A program made the position numbers and the translations under genes. From an uncultured Actinomycetes bacterium (lineage in GTDB: Bacteria; Actinomycetota; Actinomycetes; Acidothermales; Acidothermaceae), in assembly GCA_963836475.1 (NCBI GenBank), contig CAWIJQ010000004.1, positions 81,775-145,774 on the forward strand: DNA of 64,000 bases, in the 5' to 3' direction. The notes beneath the pieces are model-generated. The model had not been told where the DNA came from. It saw only the letters and a program-made list of their open reading frames with translations, and searched no databases. Below are positions 13,026 to 23,209 of the stretch, piece by piece. Position 1 is the first letter of the stretch. Every line of letters begins with the position of its first letter.

Positions 13026-13843
13026 TCGATCGCCCGCCGCAAGAAGCCGCGCACGCCGATGTAGGTAAACAGCACGACCGATGCGATCAGGCCGAGTAAG
13101 CAGATCCACGGATGCATGTGCGGCACCGAAGGTGTGAGTGCCGCGCGCATGCCCTCGCTCACGTAGGTCATCGGGTTGAACGCGGTCACGACCTGAAACC
13201 AGCGCAGGTGGTTCAGCGACGGCCATGGATATTGACTGCACCCGGTGAACATCATCGGCGTCAGGATCAGGGCAAACATGATCTGAATGCGGTTCGGCGG
13301 CACCAACGTACCGAGGGTCAGTCCGATCGCCGAGCCAGCGAGCGCACCCAAAAGCATGACGGCCACGACGAGCCAGATTTCGCTAGCCCGCCAGGGAATT
13401 GAGCCGAGCACCCAGATGCCGACGGGGAACATCACGACGGCTGCGAGTAGCGCGCGCATCGAGGCGAACAGCATCTTTTCGATCGCGACTGCCCACGTCG
13501 GTAACGGCGCCAACAGCCGGTCTTCGATCTCGCGGCTGAACGAAAACTCAAGCACCAGCGGTAACGCCGTGCTCTGAATGCCGGTGAGGATCACAGTCAG
13601 CGCGACGATGCCAGGGAACAGCAGGTGCGCGTACTGCGGAGTAGTTAGCCCGAGCGACCCGAGCACCTTGCCGAAGATGAACAGCAATCCCAGCGGCTGA
13701 AGAATCACCTGCGCCAAAAAGATCGGCAACTCGCGACCCGTCACGACCAGGTCGCGTCGCAGCACGCTCAGGAACGAGCGCACCGCACTCGGATCGGCGA
13801 CCGCAGGGGCGGTGCGCTGTAACGGGAAATCAGTCGTGGTCAT
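13022..13843 (-). CDS. ABC-2 type transporter permease
   Basis: Intact 273-aa, six-TM ORF. Its start overlaps the stop of the upstream ATPase gene by 4 nt, the typical DrrB-like arrangement. Confidence 0.8.
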   Translation of the reverse strand: MTTTDFPLQRTAPAVADPSAVRSFLSVLRRDLVVTGRELPIFLAQVILQPLGLLFIFGKVLGSLGLTTPQYAHLLFPGIVALTVILTGIQSTALPLVLEFSFSREIEDRLLAPLPTWAVAIEKMLFASMRALLAAVVMFPVGIWVLGSIPWRASEIWLVVAVMLLGALAGSAIGLTLGTLVPPNRIQIMFALILTPMMFTGCSQYPWPSLNHLRWFQVVTAFNPMTYVSEGMRAALTPSVPHMHPWICLLGLIASVVLFTYIGVRGFLRRAID

Positions 13844-14871
13844 CGCAGCGCCCGCCCGGTGAGGTGGATGAAGACGTCTTCGAGACTGGGCTCGCCCAAC
13901 CGCACCTCGGTCAAGCGCCCGTGGTGGCGTGCCACGATTTCTGCAACCGGGGCTACCAGTCGAGCCGGCTCACCTGCCACGTAGAGGCGGGCTCGCAGTG
14001 ACGCACCGACCGGCCCGACGGTTTCGACGCGCTCAACCGATGTGAGCGTCTCAAGTTCGGTCAGCAGGCCGGCCGAGTCGGCTACTGCCTCGATCATGAT
14101 TTCGAGCGTCCCGCTGCCGATCAGCGTCTTCGTCAACGCGAGCGGCGTATCGAGCGCAAGCAGCTTGCCGTGGTCGACGATGCCGACGCGATCTGCTAGC
14201 GCTGCGGCCTCATCCATGTCGTGCGTCGTCAGGAGGATCGTCACGCCGGCGGCCTTCAGGTCGCGAATCCTGTCCCACACGTAAATCCGCGCCGCCGGGT
14301 CAAGACCAGTCGCCGGCTCGTCGAGAAACAGCACCGGCGGAAAATGCATCAACGCGCGGGCAATCATCACCCGCTGAAGCTGCCCGCCCGACAGCCGGTC
14401 GACCTTGTCCGTCGCGCGGTCGGCCAGCCCGAACTGGTCGAGCAGCTCGACCGCACGCGCCTCGCGAACCTTCTGCGGCACTCCGTGGTAGCTCGCGTGA
14501 AAGAGCAAGTTCTGCCGGACGTCGAGTGAGCGGTCGAGGTTCGGACGTTGCGGCACCACACCCAGCTGCGTCCGAGCTCGCACCGGGAGCGCCACGACAT
14601 CGACACCGGCGACGAACGCGGAGCCGCCGGTCGGCTTCACTCGCGTCGTCAGCACGCCGATCGTCGTCGTCTTGCCCGCGCCATTCGGGCCGAGGAGCCC
14701 GAAGCACTCACCCGACGCGACCTGAAACGAGATGCCGTCGACCGCGTTCGTATCGCGCTTGGGGTAGCGCTTCACCAACTCGACTATCTCGACTGCTGGC
14801 CCAGCCACAGATCTCCATCCCTCCGCCGACCGGCCACTGTAGCCCGCCGCACCGTCGAGCGGCGCCGACAT
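13840..14871 (-). CDS. ABC transporter ATP-binding protein (DrrA-like)
   Basis: Walker A GPNGAGKTT, signature LSGGQLQR and Walker B VLFLDEP are present in an intact 343-aa ORF. The true start may be internal. Confidence 0.85.
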   Translation of the reverse strand: MSAPLDGAAGYSGRSAEGWRSVAGPAVEIVELVKRYPKRDTNAVDGISFQVASGECFGLLGPNGAGKTTTIGVLTTRVKPTGGSAFVAGVDVVALPVRARTQLGVVPQRPNLDRSLDVRQNLLFHASYHGVPQKVREARAVELLDQFGLADRATDKVDRLSGGQLQRVMIARALMHFPPVLFLDEPATGLDPAARIYVWDRIRDLKAAGVTILLTTHDMDEAAALADRVGIVDHGKLLALDTPLALTKTLIGSGTLEIMIEAVADSAGLLTELETLTSVERVETVGPVGASLRARLYVAGEPARLVAPVAEIVARHHGRLTEVRLGEPSLEDVFIHLTGRALR

Positions 14872-14904
14872 TTTGGTCGCTCTCCGTCCGGTATCTCCGG
14901 AGCG

Positions 14905-15300
14905 CTACCGCAAGAAGGCGTCGAGGGCTGCCTGATCCGAGTAGTGCCCGCGGACCTCCTGAACCAGACCATCGCGCACCGTGATGAGCTGGCAGGCGGT
15001 GACATCGAGTGTCTTGCCTCCCGATGATCCTGTGGCATGTTGCACAGCGACGACGAACACCTCTCCGATCGCGACGTCAACGAGCTCCACACGAAGGGTG
15101 CCACCCGACAACGGACCCAGTTTGGCCATGAAGTTGTCGCGGATCTCCAACCATCCATGGTGGTCGCCCGCGACGGCACTCTTGCCTGGGAGATGCCACA
15201 CAACGTCGTCCGCGAAACAGGCTTCAAGAGCGACGAAATCGCCGTCGGCGAACGCTTGATACAGGCGGCGGACGACGTCGCCGTCCGCAGGAATAGCCAC
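14905..15300 (-). CDS. SnoaL-like / NTF2-fold family protein
   Basis: Intact 131-aa ORF. The N-terminal pattern VVRRLYQAFADGDFVALEACFADDVVWHLPG is typical of SnoaL/ketosteroid-isomerase-like proteins. Confidence 0.65.
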   Translation of the reverse strand: MAIPADGDVVRRLYQAFADGDFVALEACFADDVVWHLPGKSAVAGDHHGWLEIRDNFMAKLGPLSGGTLRVELVDVAIGEVFVVAVQHATGSSGGKTLDVTACQLITVRDGLVQEVRGHYSDQAALDAFLR

Positions 15301-15309
15301 GTTCGTATT

Positions 15310-15618
15310 GTGTCAGCTAGCCCTGCCCGTGCCGTCGTTGACCGCCCGGCGGACGATGGAGCGGTGAAGCTCAAGCTGGATCTACACGACATCTACAACC
15401 GAGGCCAGGACATCGACCGAGCGCTGCGCGCGGTGATCGACGAAGCGGTCGCGAAGAAGGCTCCGCTCGTGGAGATCATCCCCGGCAAAGGGTCGGGCGC
15501 GTTGAAGAAGCACGTCTTGCGATTCCTCGACCAGAAGGAGATCAAAGCGCTCTACCACCGGGTGGAAAAAGACTCCGACAACTTCGGTCGGGTCTTCGTT
15601 CACTTCCGCTGGAAATAG
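15310..15618 (+). CDS. Smr-domain protein (small MutS-related)
   Basis: The C-terminal part of ORF 15037..15618 reads LDLHD...APLVEIIPGKGSGALKKHVLRFL. The part upstream of about 15300 is antisense to the SnoaL gene. Start taken at GTG 15310 (alternative at 15364). Confidence 0.6.
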   Translation: MSASPARAVVDRPADDGAVKLKLDLHDIYNRGQDIDRALRAVIDEAVAKKAPLVEIIPGKGSGALKKHVLRFLDQKEIKALYHRVEKDSDNFGRVFVHFRWK

Positions 15619-15649
15619 CCGCTCAGTCGCCCGATCCTCAGTCGCCCGA

Positions 15650-16066
15650 CTAGCGATTGCGCATCATTTCCGCGAGGCGGTCGACGATCGGCACGTCGGC
15701 CGGAAGCCAGCTGACGTCGTGCAGCTCATCGACAGTGAGCCAGCGCAAAGCCGTGTGCTCAATCGCCCTCGGTTCGCCAACGGCAATCCCCGCCAGCCAA
15801 ACCCGCAGCACCCCGTGCTCGCCGATCGGCCAATCCCGACCGACACGTGCGCCCAGCATGATGTCGACGCCCAATTCTTCGCGGCACTCGCGCACCAAGG
15901 CGGCCTCGTCGGTCTCGCCGACATCGACCTTGCCGCCGGGCAATTCCCAGAATCCAGCAAGCGCTGGCGGCGCGGACCGTTGCGCGGCTAGCAGCCGGTT
16001 GTCGTCGATCAGCGCGGCCCCGACAACGACCTGAAACCCGCTCTGCACGAGATCGAAGTGTGCCAT
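15650..16066 (-). CDS. NUDIX hydrolase, MutT-like (deoxy)nucleoside triphosphate pyrophosphohydrolase
   Basis: Nudix box GGKVDVGETDEAALVRECREELGV. Start taken at MAHFDL (16066) inside ORF 15650..16153. Confidence 0.8.
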   Translation of the reverse strand: MAHFDLVQSGFQVVVGAALIDDNRLLAAQRSAPPALAGFWELPGGKVDVGETDEAALVRECREELGVDIMLGARVGRDWPIGEHGVLRVWLAGIAVGEPRAIEHTALRWLTVDELHDVSWLPADVPIVDRLAEMMRNR

Positions 16067-16109
16067 CCCCAGGCTTGACGCCGTCGTTGCGCTCGGCAAT
16101 GTTGGACGT

Positions 16110-16409
16110 ATGTCGACTCCCCCGCAGCTACTCACCGATGATGACGTCGCCACGGCGTTGATGCAGCTCGACGATTGGCACGGCGACGCTCACCAGCTGC
16201 GACGTACGGTCAAGGCACCAACGTTCGCCGCCGGCATCAGGTTGGTTGACGCGGTCGCGGCGGTGGCAGACGAGCGCGACCATCACCCCGACATCGACAT
16301 CAGATGGACGTCGATCACCTTCACCTTGTCGACGCATTCTGCGGGTGGCGTGACCGACCTCGACGTCGCGATGGCGAACCAGATCGACAAGCTTGCGACG
16401 ACGATCTAA
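16110..16409 (+). CDS. 4a-hydroxytetrahydrobiopterin dehydratase (PCD/DCoH family)
   Basis: Intact 99-aa ORF with the characteristic RDHHPDIDIRW motif and family-typical length. Confidence 0.85.
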   Translation: MSTPPQLLTDDDVATALMQLDDWHGDAHQLRRTVKAPTFAAGIRLVDAVAAVADERDHHPDIDIRWTSITFTLSTHSAGGVTDLDVAMANQIDKLATTI

Positions 16410-16491
16410 CTCATCCACAACCCGCAGCCCTGAAGTGTCGGGCTCGCACCGGCGACCCGGTTCCGTCAGCGCGCTGATCTACCGTGGTGGC

Positions 16492-17535
16492 ATGCCGCGC
16501 CGCCGATTGCCGCCGCTGTGCGCACTGATACTGGTCACGCTGGCACTGGTGGGCTGTAGCGCGCCCGCCACGCGCCCGGCGCCCTCGGCACGCGCGATCT
16601 CGTCGACTGACCAGGCGAGCAACTACCGGCCAGGGCAGCTGCGCGTGCTGGTTGAGCCCGATCAGGGCACCGAGCCGCTGTACGCGCTGATTGCCTCCGC
16701 GCGTCGCAGCCTCGACCTGACGATGTACGAGTTCGTCGACACCAAAGCAGCGTTGGCTCTAGAGGCGGCTGCCGGCCGAGGCGTCGACGTGCGCGTGATT
16801 CTCGACACCAACAACGAACGGTCGGCGAATCAGCCCGCTTATGACGAGCTGACGGCGATGGGCGTGCACGTCGTCTGGGCCGACCATCGATACGCCTCGA
16901 CGCATGAGAAGGCACTGGTGGTCGACGACACGACGGCGGCGGTCATGTCGCTGAACCTCACCAGCCGGTATTACGCGGACACGCGCGACTACGGCGTCGT
17001 CGACAACGACCCCGCCGACGTTGCCGCCATCGAGCAGGTCTTCCAGGCCGACTTCGTACATCAGTCGATCACGCCAAGTGCGGCGACCGGGCTGGTGTGG
17101 AGTCCGGCGCAATCCGCGCCCGCCCTTCTCGGGCTCATCGACTCGGCCACCTCGACATTGCTGGTCGAGAACGAAGAAATGGTGTACGCACCGGTCACTT
17201 CAGCATTGGCACGGGCAGCACACCGCGGCGTCCACGTTGTTGTCGTGATGACTGACCAGCCCCGATGGCACTCGGCGTTCTCGACGCTGGTTGCGGCGAA
17301 TGTCAGTGTTCGCACGTATGCGCAGAACGCGCGGTTGTACATCCACGCGAAGGCGATAGTGGCGGACGCCGGCACCTCGCGACAGCGCGCGTTCGTCGGC
17401 TCGGAGAACTTCTCGGTGGCGTCGCTCACGCACAATCGCGAGCTCGGCCTGGTGACCTCAGATGCGGGCGTCGTCACCACCCTGGCCGCCGCCATCGAAG
17501 ACGATGCAAATGGCGCCGAAACCTGGCGGCCCTAG
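16492..17535 (+). CDS. Phospholipase D-family (two HKD motifs) lipoprotein
   Basis: ATG at 16492. The signal peptide ends in lipobox LALVGCS. Two HKD-type motifs are present: THEKALVVDD and IHAKAIVADAG...GSENFS. Confidence 0.8.
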   Translation: MPRRRLPPLCALILVTLALVGCSAPATRPAPSARAISSTDQASNYRPGQLRVLVEPDQGTEPLYALIASARRSLDLTMYEFVDTKAALALEAAAGRGVDVRVILDTNNERSANQPAYDELTAMGVHVVWADHRYASTHEKALVVDDTTAAVMSLNLTSRYYADTRDYGVVDNDPADVAAIEQVFQADFVHQSITPSAATGLVWSPAQSAPALLGLIDSATSTLLVENEEMVYAPVTSALARAAHRGVHVVVVMTDQPRWHSAFSTLVAANVSVRTYAQNARLYIHAKAIVADAGTSRQRAFVGSENFSVASLTHNRELGLVTSDAGVVTTLAAAIEDDANGAETWRP

Positions 17536-17620
17536 CCCGAGCGCAGTCCACTACCTGACGATTAGCTGAGGAATGGCGGGGCAACCGACGACCTGCCTGT
17601 CCGTTCTGTATTTTTGACCC

Positions 17621-17995
17621 ATGGACGAGAATCGTGCACTGCGCGTTGTCGACGCTCTGCGCGATCGCGGCATCGACGCGCGCATCTCAAAAGAAGGCGT
17701 CTACCAGTTCGGCGTCCGCATCGCCCTGTCCGGCGGTCGCGAGGCGGTGTGGGATAGCGACGACACCCCCGAACTCGAAGCCCAGGTCATGCGCGACGGC
17801 ATGCTGGTCGGATTCGTGCCCGTGATCGAAGGGTCGGACAACTTCGACGAGGCGCAGATCATCGACGCAATTGCCCGCACCGACTACGACCAACCCATCG
17901 CGCGACGACTGCCGACCGCACCTCGTACGGTCGCGCCCCTGCCTCGGACAGGCGGCGTCTTTCGACGCTTTCTCGGCGGCTTCCGCGAAGAGTAA
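17621..17995 (+). CDS. Hypothetical protein (124 aa)
   Basis: Intact ORF with coding-like codon bias and no overlap with other calls. I do not recognise a domain. Confidence 0.45.
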   Translation: MDENRALRVVDALRDRGIDARISKEGVYQFGVRIALSGGREAVWDSDDTPELEAQVMRDGMLVGFVPVIEGSDNFDEAQIIDAIARTDYDQPIARRLPTAPRTVAPLPRTGGVFRRFLGGFREE

Positions 17996-18006
17996 GTGCT
18001 CTTCGC

Positions 18007-18567
18007 CTAGAAGATGAAGGGTATGAGCATTTTGCTCGACCGTCTGTACGTCGGGTAGGTCTCGGGGAATTGCGCGGTGAGGTTGCGCTCCTCGATGACC
18101 GCGCTGTAGATGAAGTAGATCCCGGCCAGCCCCACCACAATCAGCCAAGCCCAACTCAGCGCAATCGCGGTGCCGATCCCGGCGACCAGGATCCCGGAGT
18201 AGATCGGGTGCCGAACGCGACGGTACGGGCCGCTCGTCACCAACTCGGGATCCTCCTTTTGCGACATCGGTGTTCCCCAGTTGCGGCCGATGTGCAGACG
18301 GGCCCAGATCGCAAATGCGAGTCCGCCCGCGAGGAGAACAAGTCCGAACGTGGCGCGCCATGGATCGGAGTGGAGGCCGTGTCCGCGGAATGCGCCCACC
18401 CGAATCAACACAACCGCAATGGCGGCGATCAACAGCTTGATGCGGATGTCCTGAGACCGAGCTGGGCGTCCTCGTTTCATGGAGAACGCAGCAATGAGCC
18501 AGTAGATCCAAAATGCCGCCCAGCCGATCGCAAAGACGAGCTCGACCGCGTGCATGTCGCTAGACAT
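18007..18567 (-). CDS. Isoprenylcysteine carboxyl methyltransferase (ICMT)/phospholipid methyltransferase family membrane protein
   Basis: Intact 186-aa multi-TM ORF with LVTSGPYRRVRHPIYSG and the EERNL motif typical of the family. Confidence 0.8.
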   Translation of the reverse strand: MSSDMHAVELVFAIGWAAFWIYWLIAAFSMKRGRPARSQDIRIKLLIAAIAVVLIRVGAFRGHGLHSDPWRATFGLVLLAGGLAFAIWARLHIGRNWGTPMSQKEDPELVTSGPYRRVRHPIYSGILVAGIGTAIALSWAWLIVVGLAGIYFIYSAVIEERNLTAQFPETYPTYRRSSKMLIPFIF

Positions 18568-19647
18568 TGAAGCGGAACTCGACGACGTCGCCGTCCGCCA
18601 TCACGTACTCCTTGCCTTCGATCCGCACCTTGCCTCGCGCCTTCGCCTCCAGCATCGAGCCGGCCGCCATCAAGTCGTCGAACGCCACCACTTCGGCTTT
18701 GATGAATCCGCGTTGGAAATCGGTGTGGATGACACCCGCAGCCTCGGGCGCAGTGGCGCCGCGCCGGATCGTCCAGGCACGTGACTCCTTCGGCCCGGCG
18801 GTGAGATAGGTCTGCAACCCCAACGTCGCGAACCCGACCCGCGCCAAGTTCGCCAACCCTGACTCCGATTGGCCGATCGACTGCAACAACTCCAGCGCCT
18901 CGTCGTCCGGCAGTTCAATGAGTTCTGACTCGATTTTCGCATCGAGAAAGATCGCCTCGGCGGGCGCGACCAACGCGCGAAGTTCGTCTTTGAGCGACTC
19001 GTTGCCCATCTCGTCGTCGTCGACGTTGAACACGTACAAGAACGGCTTCGCGGTGAGCAACTGCAACTCACGCAACGGCTCGGTGTCGAGGCCGGCCGCG
19101 AACGCCGTGCGCCCCGAGTTGAGCACCTCACCCGCATGCCGAACCGCGGCTAGCGTCTCTGCCCGCGCCTTCGCGGTCGGACCGCCGAGCCGACTCTCTT
19201 TCTCCAGCCGCGGCAACGCGCGTTCGATCGTCTGAAGGTCGGCGAGGATCAACTCGGTGTTGATGGTCTCGATGTCGTCCTTCGGGCTGACCCGGCCATC
19301 GACATGCGCAACATCGGGGTCGGTAAACACCCGAGTCACTTGGCAGATCGCGTCAGATTCCCGAATGTTGGCAAGGAATTTGTTGCCGAGGCCCTGGCCC
19401 TCGGCGGCGCCCTTCACCAGAGCCGGCGATGTCGACGAAGCTCACCGATCGCCGGCACGATCTTCGCCGAGTTGTACAGCGTCGCCAGTGCTTGCAACCG
19501 CGCATCGGGCACGCCGACGACGCCGACATTGGGCTCGATCGTGGCGAACGGATAGTTCGCGGCCAGCACATTGTTCTTCGTCAGCGCGTTGAACATGGTC
19601 GACTTGCCAACGTTAGGCAAGCCGACGATGCCGATCGAAACACTCAC
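18560..19647 (-). pseudogene. ychF: Ribosome-binding ATPase YchF, two single-base insertions about 25 nt apart (19420-19445)
   Basis: GTG at 19647 is followed by [20 protein letters not shown] (ORF 19414..19707). VSFVDIAG is readable only in a second frame. The remainder, from [15 protein letters not shown] to the TGS-like C-terminus, is in ORF 18560..19417. Confidence 0.9.
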
Positions 19648-19658
19648 GACCGGCGAGT

Positions 19659-19949
19659 CTACGGCCCGGCGCGCACCCATTCGGCACGGGTAACGCGCCA
19701 GATCCAATGGACGCCGGTCGCCGCGGGTGCCTCGATGGCGTGCGGCTCCTCGCCAATCAGGGTGTATCCAAGGGCTTTCGGCACACCCGAGCTAGCGACG
19801 TTCGCCTCGTCGTGATGGATCTCAACCCAGTCGATGTCGGGCCGCGCGAACGCCACATCGTTGTCGGTCACCGCCTGGCCCAGCTGATCGGCGTCCGCCT
19901 CTTGCCAGGCGCGGATCACCGGGTCGCCCCGCTGGATCGCGATCGCCAT
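19659..19949 (-). pseudogene. Possible GNAT (RimJ/RimL-like) acetyltransferase remnant lacking the central part
   Basis: Within ORF 19659..20021 there is an N-terminal-like VIRAWQEADADQL and a C-terminal-like [26 protein letters not shown]. At about 96 aa it is too short for a complete GNAT fold. Confidence 0.3.
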
Positions 19950-20019
19950 CTCCCGACGATATTGCCGACTCCGCGTGGCAGACCCAGATTTTGTCGGAGC
20001 CCCCTGCCACGATCGAGAC

Positions 20020-21494
20020 ATGACTGGAACCGCTCTTCTCCTGCTCGTGATCGGCCTCGCGCTTGGGGCGCTCGTCGGCTACCTCCTGGCCCGTGCTCGC
20101 ACGACCGCCCGCGTCGCCGCCCTTTCCGCCACGCTCGAGGCCGAACGCGCCAGCACCCACCTGCGACTCGAGAGCGAACGGCTCTCGCAGGAGAAGATGC
20201 GCGAGGCATTCGCGGCACTGTCGTCCGATGCCCTGCACAAGAACAGCACGGCGTTCATCGAACGCGCCGACGAGCTGATCAAGCGCGTCACCGCCGAGTC
20301 TTCGGGCGATCTGCAGAAGCGCCAACAGGCGATCGAACTGCTCGTCACGCCGTTGAAAGAGACGCTGACAAACGTCGAAAAGCAAATGAAGGACGTCGAG
20401 CGCGAACGCACCGATGCCTACGCCGCGCTTCGTACCCAGGTCGACCAGATGGGCAAGACATCCGCGAAGCTCCAGCACGAAACGGGGCAACTCGTGGCGG
20501 CCCTTCGCGCGCCGCAAACGCGCGGGGCGTGGGGCGAGCACCAGCTGCGCCAGGTCGTCGAGTTCGCCGGCATGATCGAGCACTGCGACTTCGACGAGCA
20601 GCAGTCGGTGAACACCGCCGATGGCCTGCAGCGCCCCGACCTCGTCGTTCGGCTTGGCCGGCGGCAAGCACGTCATCGTCGACGCGAAGGTGTCGATCAT
20701 CGGCTTCCTCGACGCGATGGGCGCCGACGAAGGCGGCGACAGCGAGGAGTCGCGCGAACGGGCGGCACTCACTCGCGCTGAGCACCTCAAGCGGCACGCC
20801 CGGCATATGCGCGACCACATCGATCACCTCGGCGCCAAGGCTTACTGGGATCTGTTCCCCAACACCCCTGAGTTCGTGGTGATGTTCGTGCCCGCCGAGA
20901 CGTTTCTCAACGCGGCCCTCGAACAAGACCCGAGCTTGCTCCAGCGCGCGATCGAGAAGAACGTCATCATCGCCACGCCCGGCACGCTGATCGCGTTGCT
21001 TCGCACGGTCGGTTACACCTGGCGACAAGAAGCACTCGCTGCCAACGCGCACGAGGTGTTGACGCTGGGTCGCGAGCTATACAGCCAGGCTTTCGACGAT
21101 GGGCGGCCACATCAGCAAGCTCGGCACCCGGTTGAACTCGGCCGTGCAGAGCTACAACGACACTGTCGCCTCGCTCGAGACTCGGGTGTTCACCACCGCC
21201 CGCCGCCTGGTCGATCTCAAGGTCACCAGCGAAGAACTCGAACCGCCCCGGCCGATCGAACTCGTCACCCGCAAGGTGCAGAAATCCGAGCTGGTCGCGT
21301 CAGCCAATGAAAGTCTCGTCTCGATGCCGGTCAAGCTGCCAGAACCCTTGTTCGGCGAGCTCGCGTCGGTGGAGGCCGAGCCAGCCGAGCACGCCGAGTC
21401 GGTTGATCCCGCCTGGCTCGATCCCACTCAACTCGATCCGGCTAGGCCGCAGCGCCCTCGCTACGACCCGGCCGAGCGCCGCGGCCTAGCGTAG
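20020..21494 (+). pseudogene. rmuC: DNA recombination protein RmuC, two frame breaks (about 20640 and 21095)
   Basis: The TM and coiled-coil N-terminus are in ORF 19975..20781. KHVIVDAK...FVVMFVPAE...IIATPGTLIALLR is in 20621..21310. The C-terminus GGHISKLGTRLNSAVQSYNDTV is in 21099..21494. Confidence 0.85.
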
Positions 21495-21498
21495 AACC

Positions 21499-22104
21499 GT
21501 GTCCGAAGCCGCTGCGGTCAACCGCCCACCCCGACCCGCTCGTGCCCGCGTCGGCATCACCGGCCGCGGCGTCGTCGTCCTCATCTTTGTGGTGACTGCC
21601 GTCGTCGGCGCCGCGGCGGTCCTGGCTGGCGGGCACCGCGGTCACGCCTTCGGCATCGCGTTCATCGTCACGGCCGCACTCGGGGCCGCGTTGGTCAGGC
21701 GCAAAGACATCACCACCGCGATGATCGCGCCGCCACTGCTCTATTGCGTCCTGGTCGTGCTCATGAGTTTCATCGACACCAAAGACCAGTCCGGCGGGCT
21801 CATCACCCGAAAGGCTGTCTACATCGCCGACGCGTTCATTACCGGCGCGCCCGCGATCTGGAGCGGCACCGCCCTCGCCGCCGCCATCGGTTGGTATCGG
21901 CGCCGAAATGCGACGGCACGCATGGCCTCACCAACAGCATCACCAACGGTGTCACCAGCAAAGTCACCCACGGTGTCACCGCCCTCGGCGGCTCCGATGG
22001 TGTCACCAATGGTTTCACCGCCGGCCGTCTCACCGACCGCCACGCCAACCGCTGCACCAACCGCCCCGCCGCCCATCACGGACGGCGCCGACAGCGCCGA
22101 CTAA
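21499..22104 (+). CDS. Membrane protein with four predicted TM segments and a Ser/Pro/Thr-rich repetitive tail
   Basis: Intact 201-aa ORF with hydrophobic segments [19 protein letters not shown] and others. The C-terminal region has SPTVSP/MVSP repeats. Conserved position after rmuC. Confidence 0.55.
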   Translation: MSEAAAVNRPPRPARARVGITGRGVVVLIFVVTAVVGAAAVLAGGHRGHAFGIAFIVTAALGAALVRRKDITTAMIAPPLLYCVLVVLMSFIDTKDQSGGLITRKAVYIADAFITGAPAIWSGTALAAAIGWYRRRNATARMASPTASPTVSPAKSPTVSPPSAAPMVSPMVSPPAVSPTATPTAAPTAPPPITDGADSAD

Positions 22105-23102
22105 CCCTCAGCCGACGCCTTGATGTCGCGCCGCAATTCGGGCGGCAAGGCGAAGGTCAAAGTCTCGCGGACGTGGTCGATCTCGTTCACATCGTCGAAG
22201 CCGCGATCGGCCAGCCACGCCAAGACACCACGCACCAACGAATCGGGCACCGACGCGCCGCTCGTGACGCCGATGGTCGTCACACCCTCGAGCCAGGCTT
22301 CGTCGATCTCGCTCGAATCGTCGACGAGGTACGACGCGCGCTGCTCCACTTTCGAGCGCCACCTCGACCAGCCGCACCGAGTTCGACGAGTTGCGCGAAC
22401 CGACCACGATCACCAAGTCGGACGACGACGCGATCTGCTTGACCGCACCTTGCCGGTTCTGCGTCGCGTAGCAGATGTCGTCGCTCGGCGGATCGAGCAG
22501 CTGCGGGAACCGAACACGAAGTGCGTTGCACGGTCTCGAGCGTTTCGTCGACCGACAACGTGGTCTGCGAAAGCCACGCGACTCGCGAGGGATCGCGACC
22601 TCGACGTTCTCCGCATCGAGCGGGCCGTCGACCAGCGTGACTTGCGATCGGCGCCTGCCCTGCGGTACCGACGACCTCTTCGTGACCGGCATGGCCGATC
22701 AGCAAGATCTCGAGGCCCTCGGTCGGCGAATCGGCGAGCCTCGTGATGCACCTTCGTCACCAACGGGCAGGTGGCGTCGATCGTGCGCAACTTGCGCTGC
22801 TCGGCCTCGGCGTAGACCGTCGGCGCGACTCCATGTGCGGAGAGCACCACGATCGAGCCCTCGGGCACCTCTTCGGTCTCCTCGACGAAGATCGCGCCCT
22901 TGGCTTCGAGGTCGGCAACGACGTGCTTGTTGTGCACGATCTGCTTGCGCACGTAGACCGGTGCGCCATGCACCTCGAGCGCCTTCTCGACGCTGTCGAT
23001 GGCTCGCTCGACGCCGGCGCAGTACCCACGTGGCTGGGCGAGCAGCACCCGCTTCTTCGGGGTGCCCTCGACCAGCGCGGAAGCGTGCGGCCGCTGCGTC
23101 AT
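22101..23102 (-). pseudogene. ispH: 4-hydroxy-3-methylbut-2-enyl diphosphate reductase, at least 3-4 frame breaks
   Basis: [19 protein letters not shown]...SAHGVAP...[11 protein letters not shown] is in ORF 22410..23216. [13 protein letters not shown] is in 22280..22705. [11 protein letters not shown]...[10 protein letters not shown] is in 22108..22692. The C-terminus [11 protein letters not shown] is in 22101..22349. Confidence 0.9.
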
Positions 23103-23209
23103 GCCCCCATCGTAAGTGCCCGCCGAACGGGCTGTCGGCGGCCAGCGAAATCCACTGTTCCGAGCGCCCGACCACCGCTGTCGCATGCCCGGCCGTACGC
23201 TCAGCGGTT

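Noticed and set aside
21900-22080. A repetitive ggtgtcacc-type DNA tract, considered as a tandem repeat or minisatellite
   Set aside because: It lies in frame within an intact ORF and encodes a Ser/Pro/Thr/Val-rich tail (SPTVSP, MVSP). The copies are degenerate. This is low-complexity coding sequence rather than a structural repeat element.
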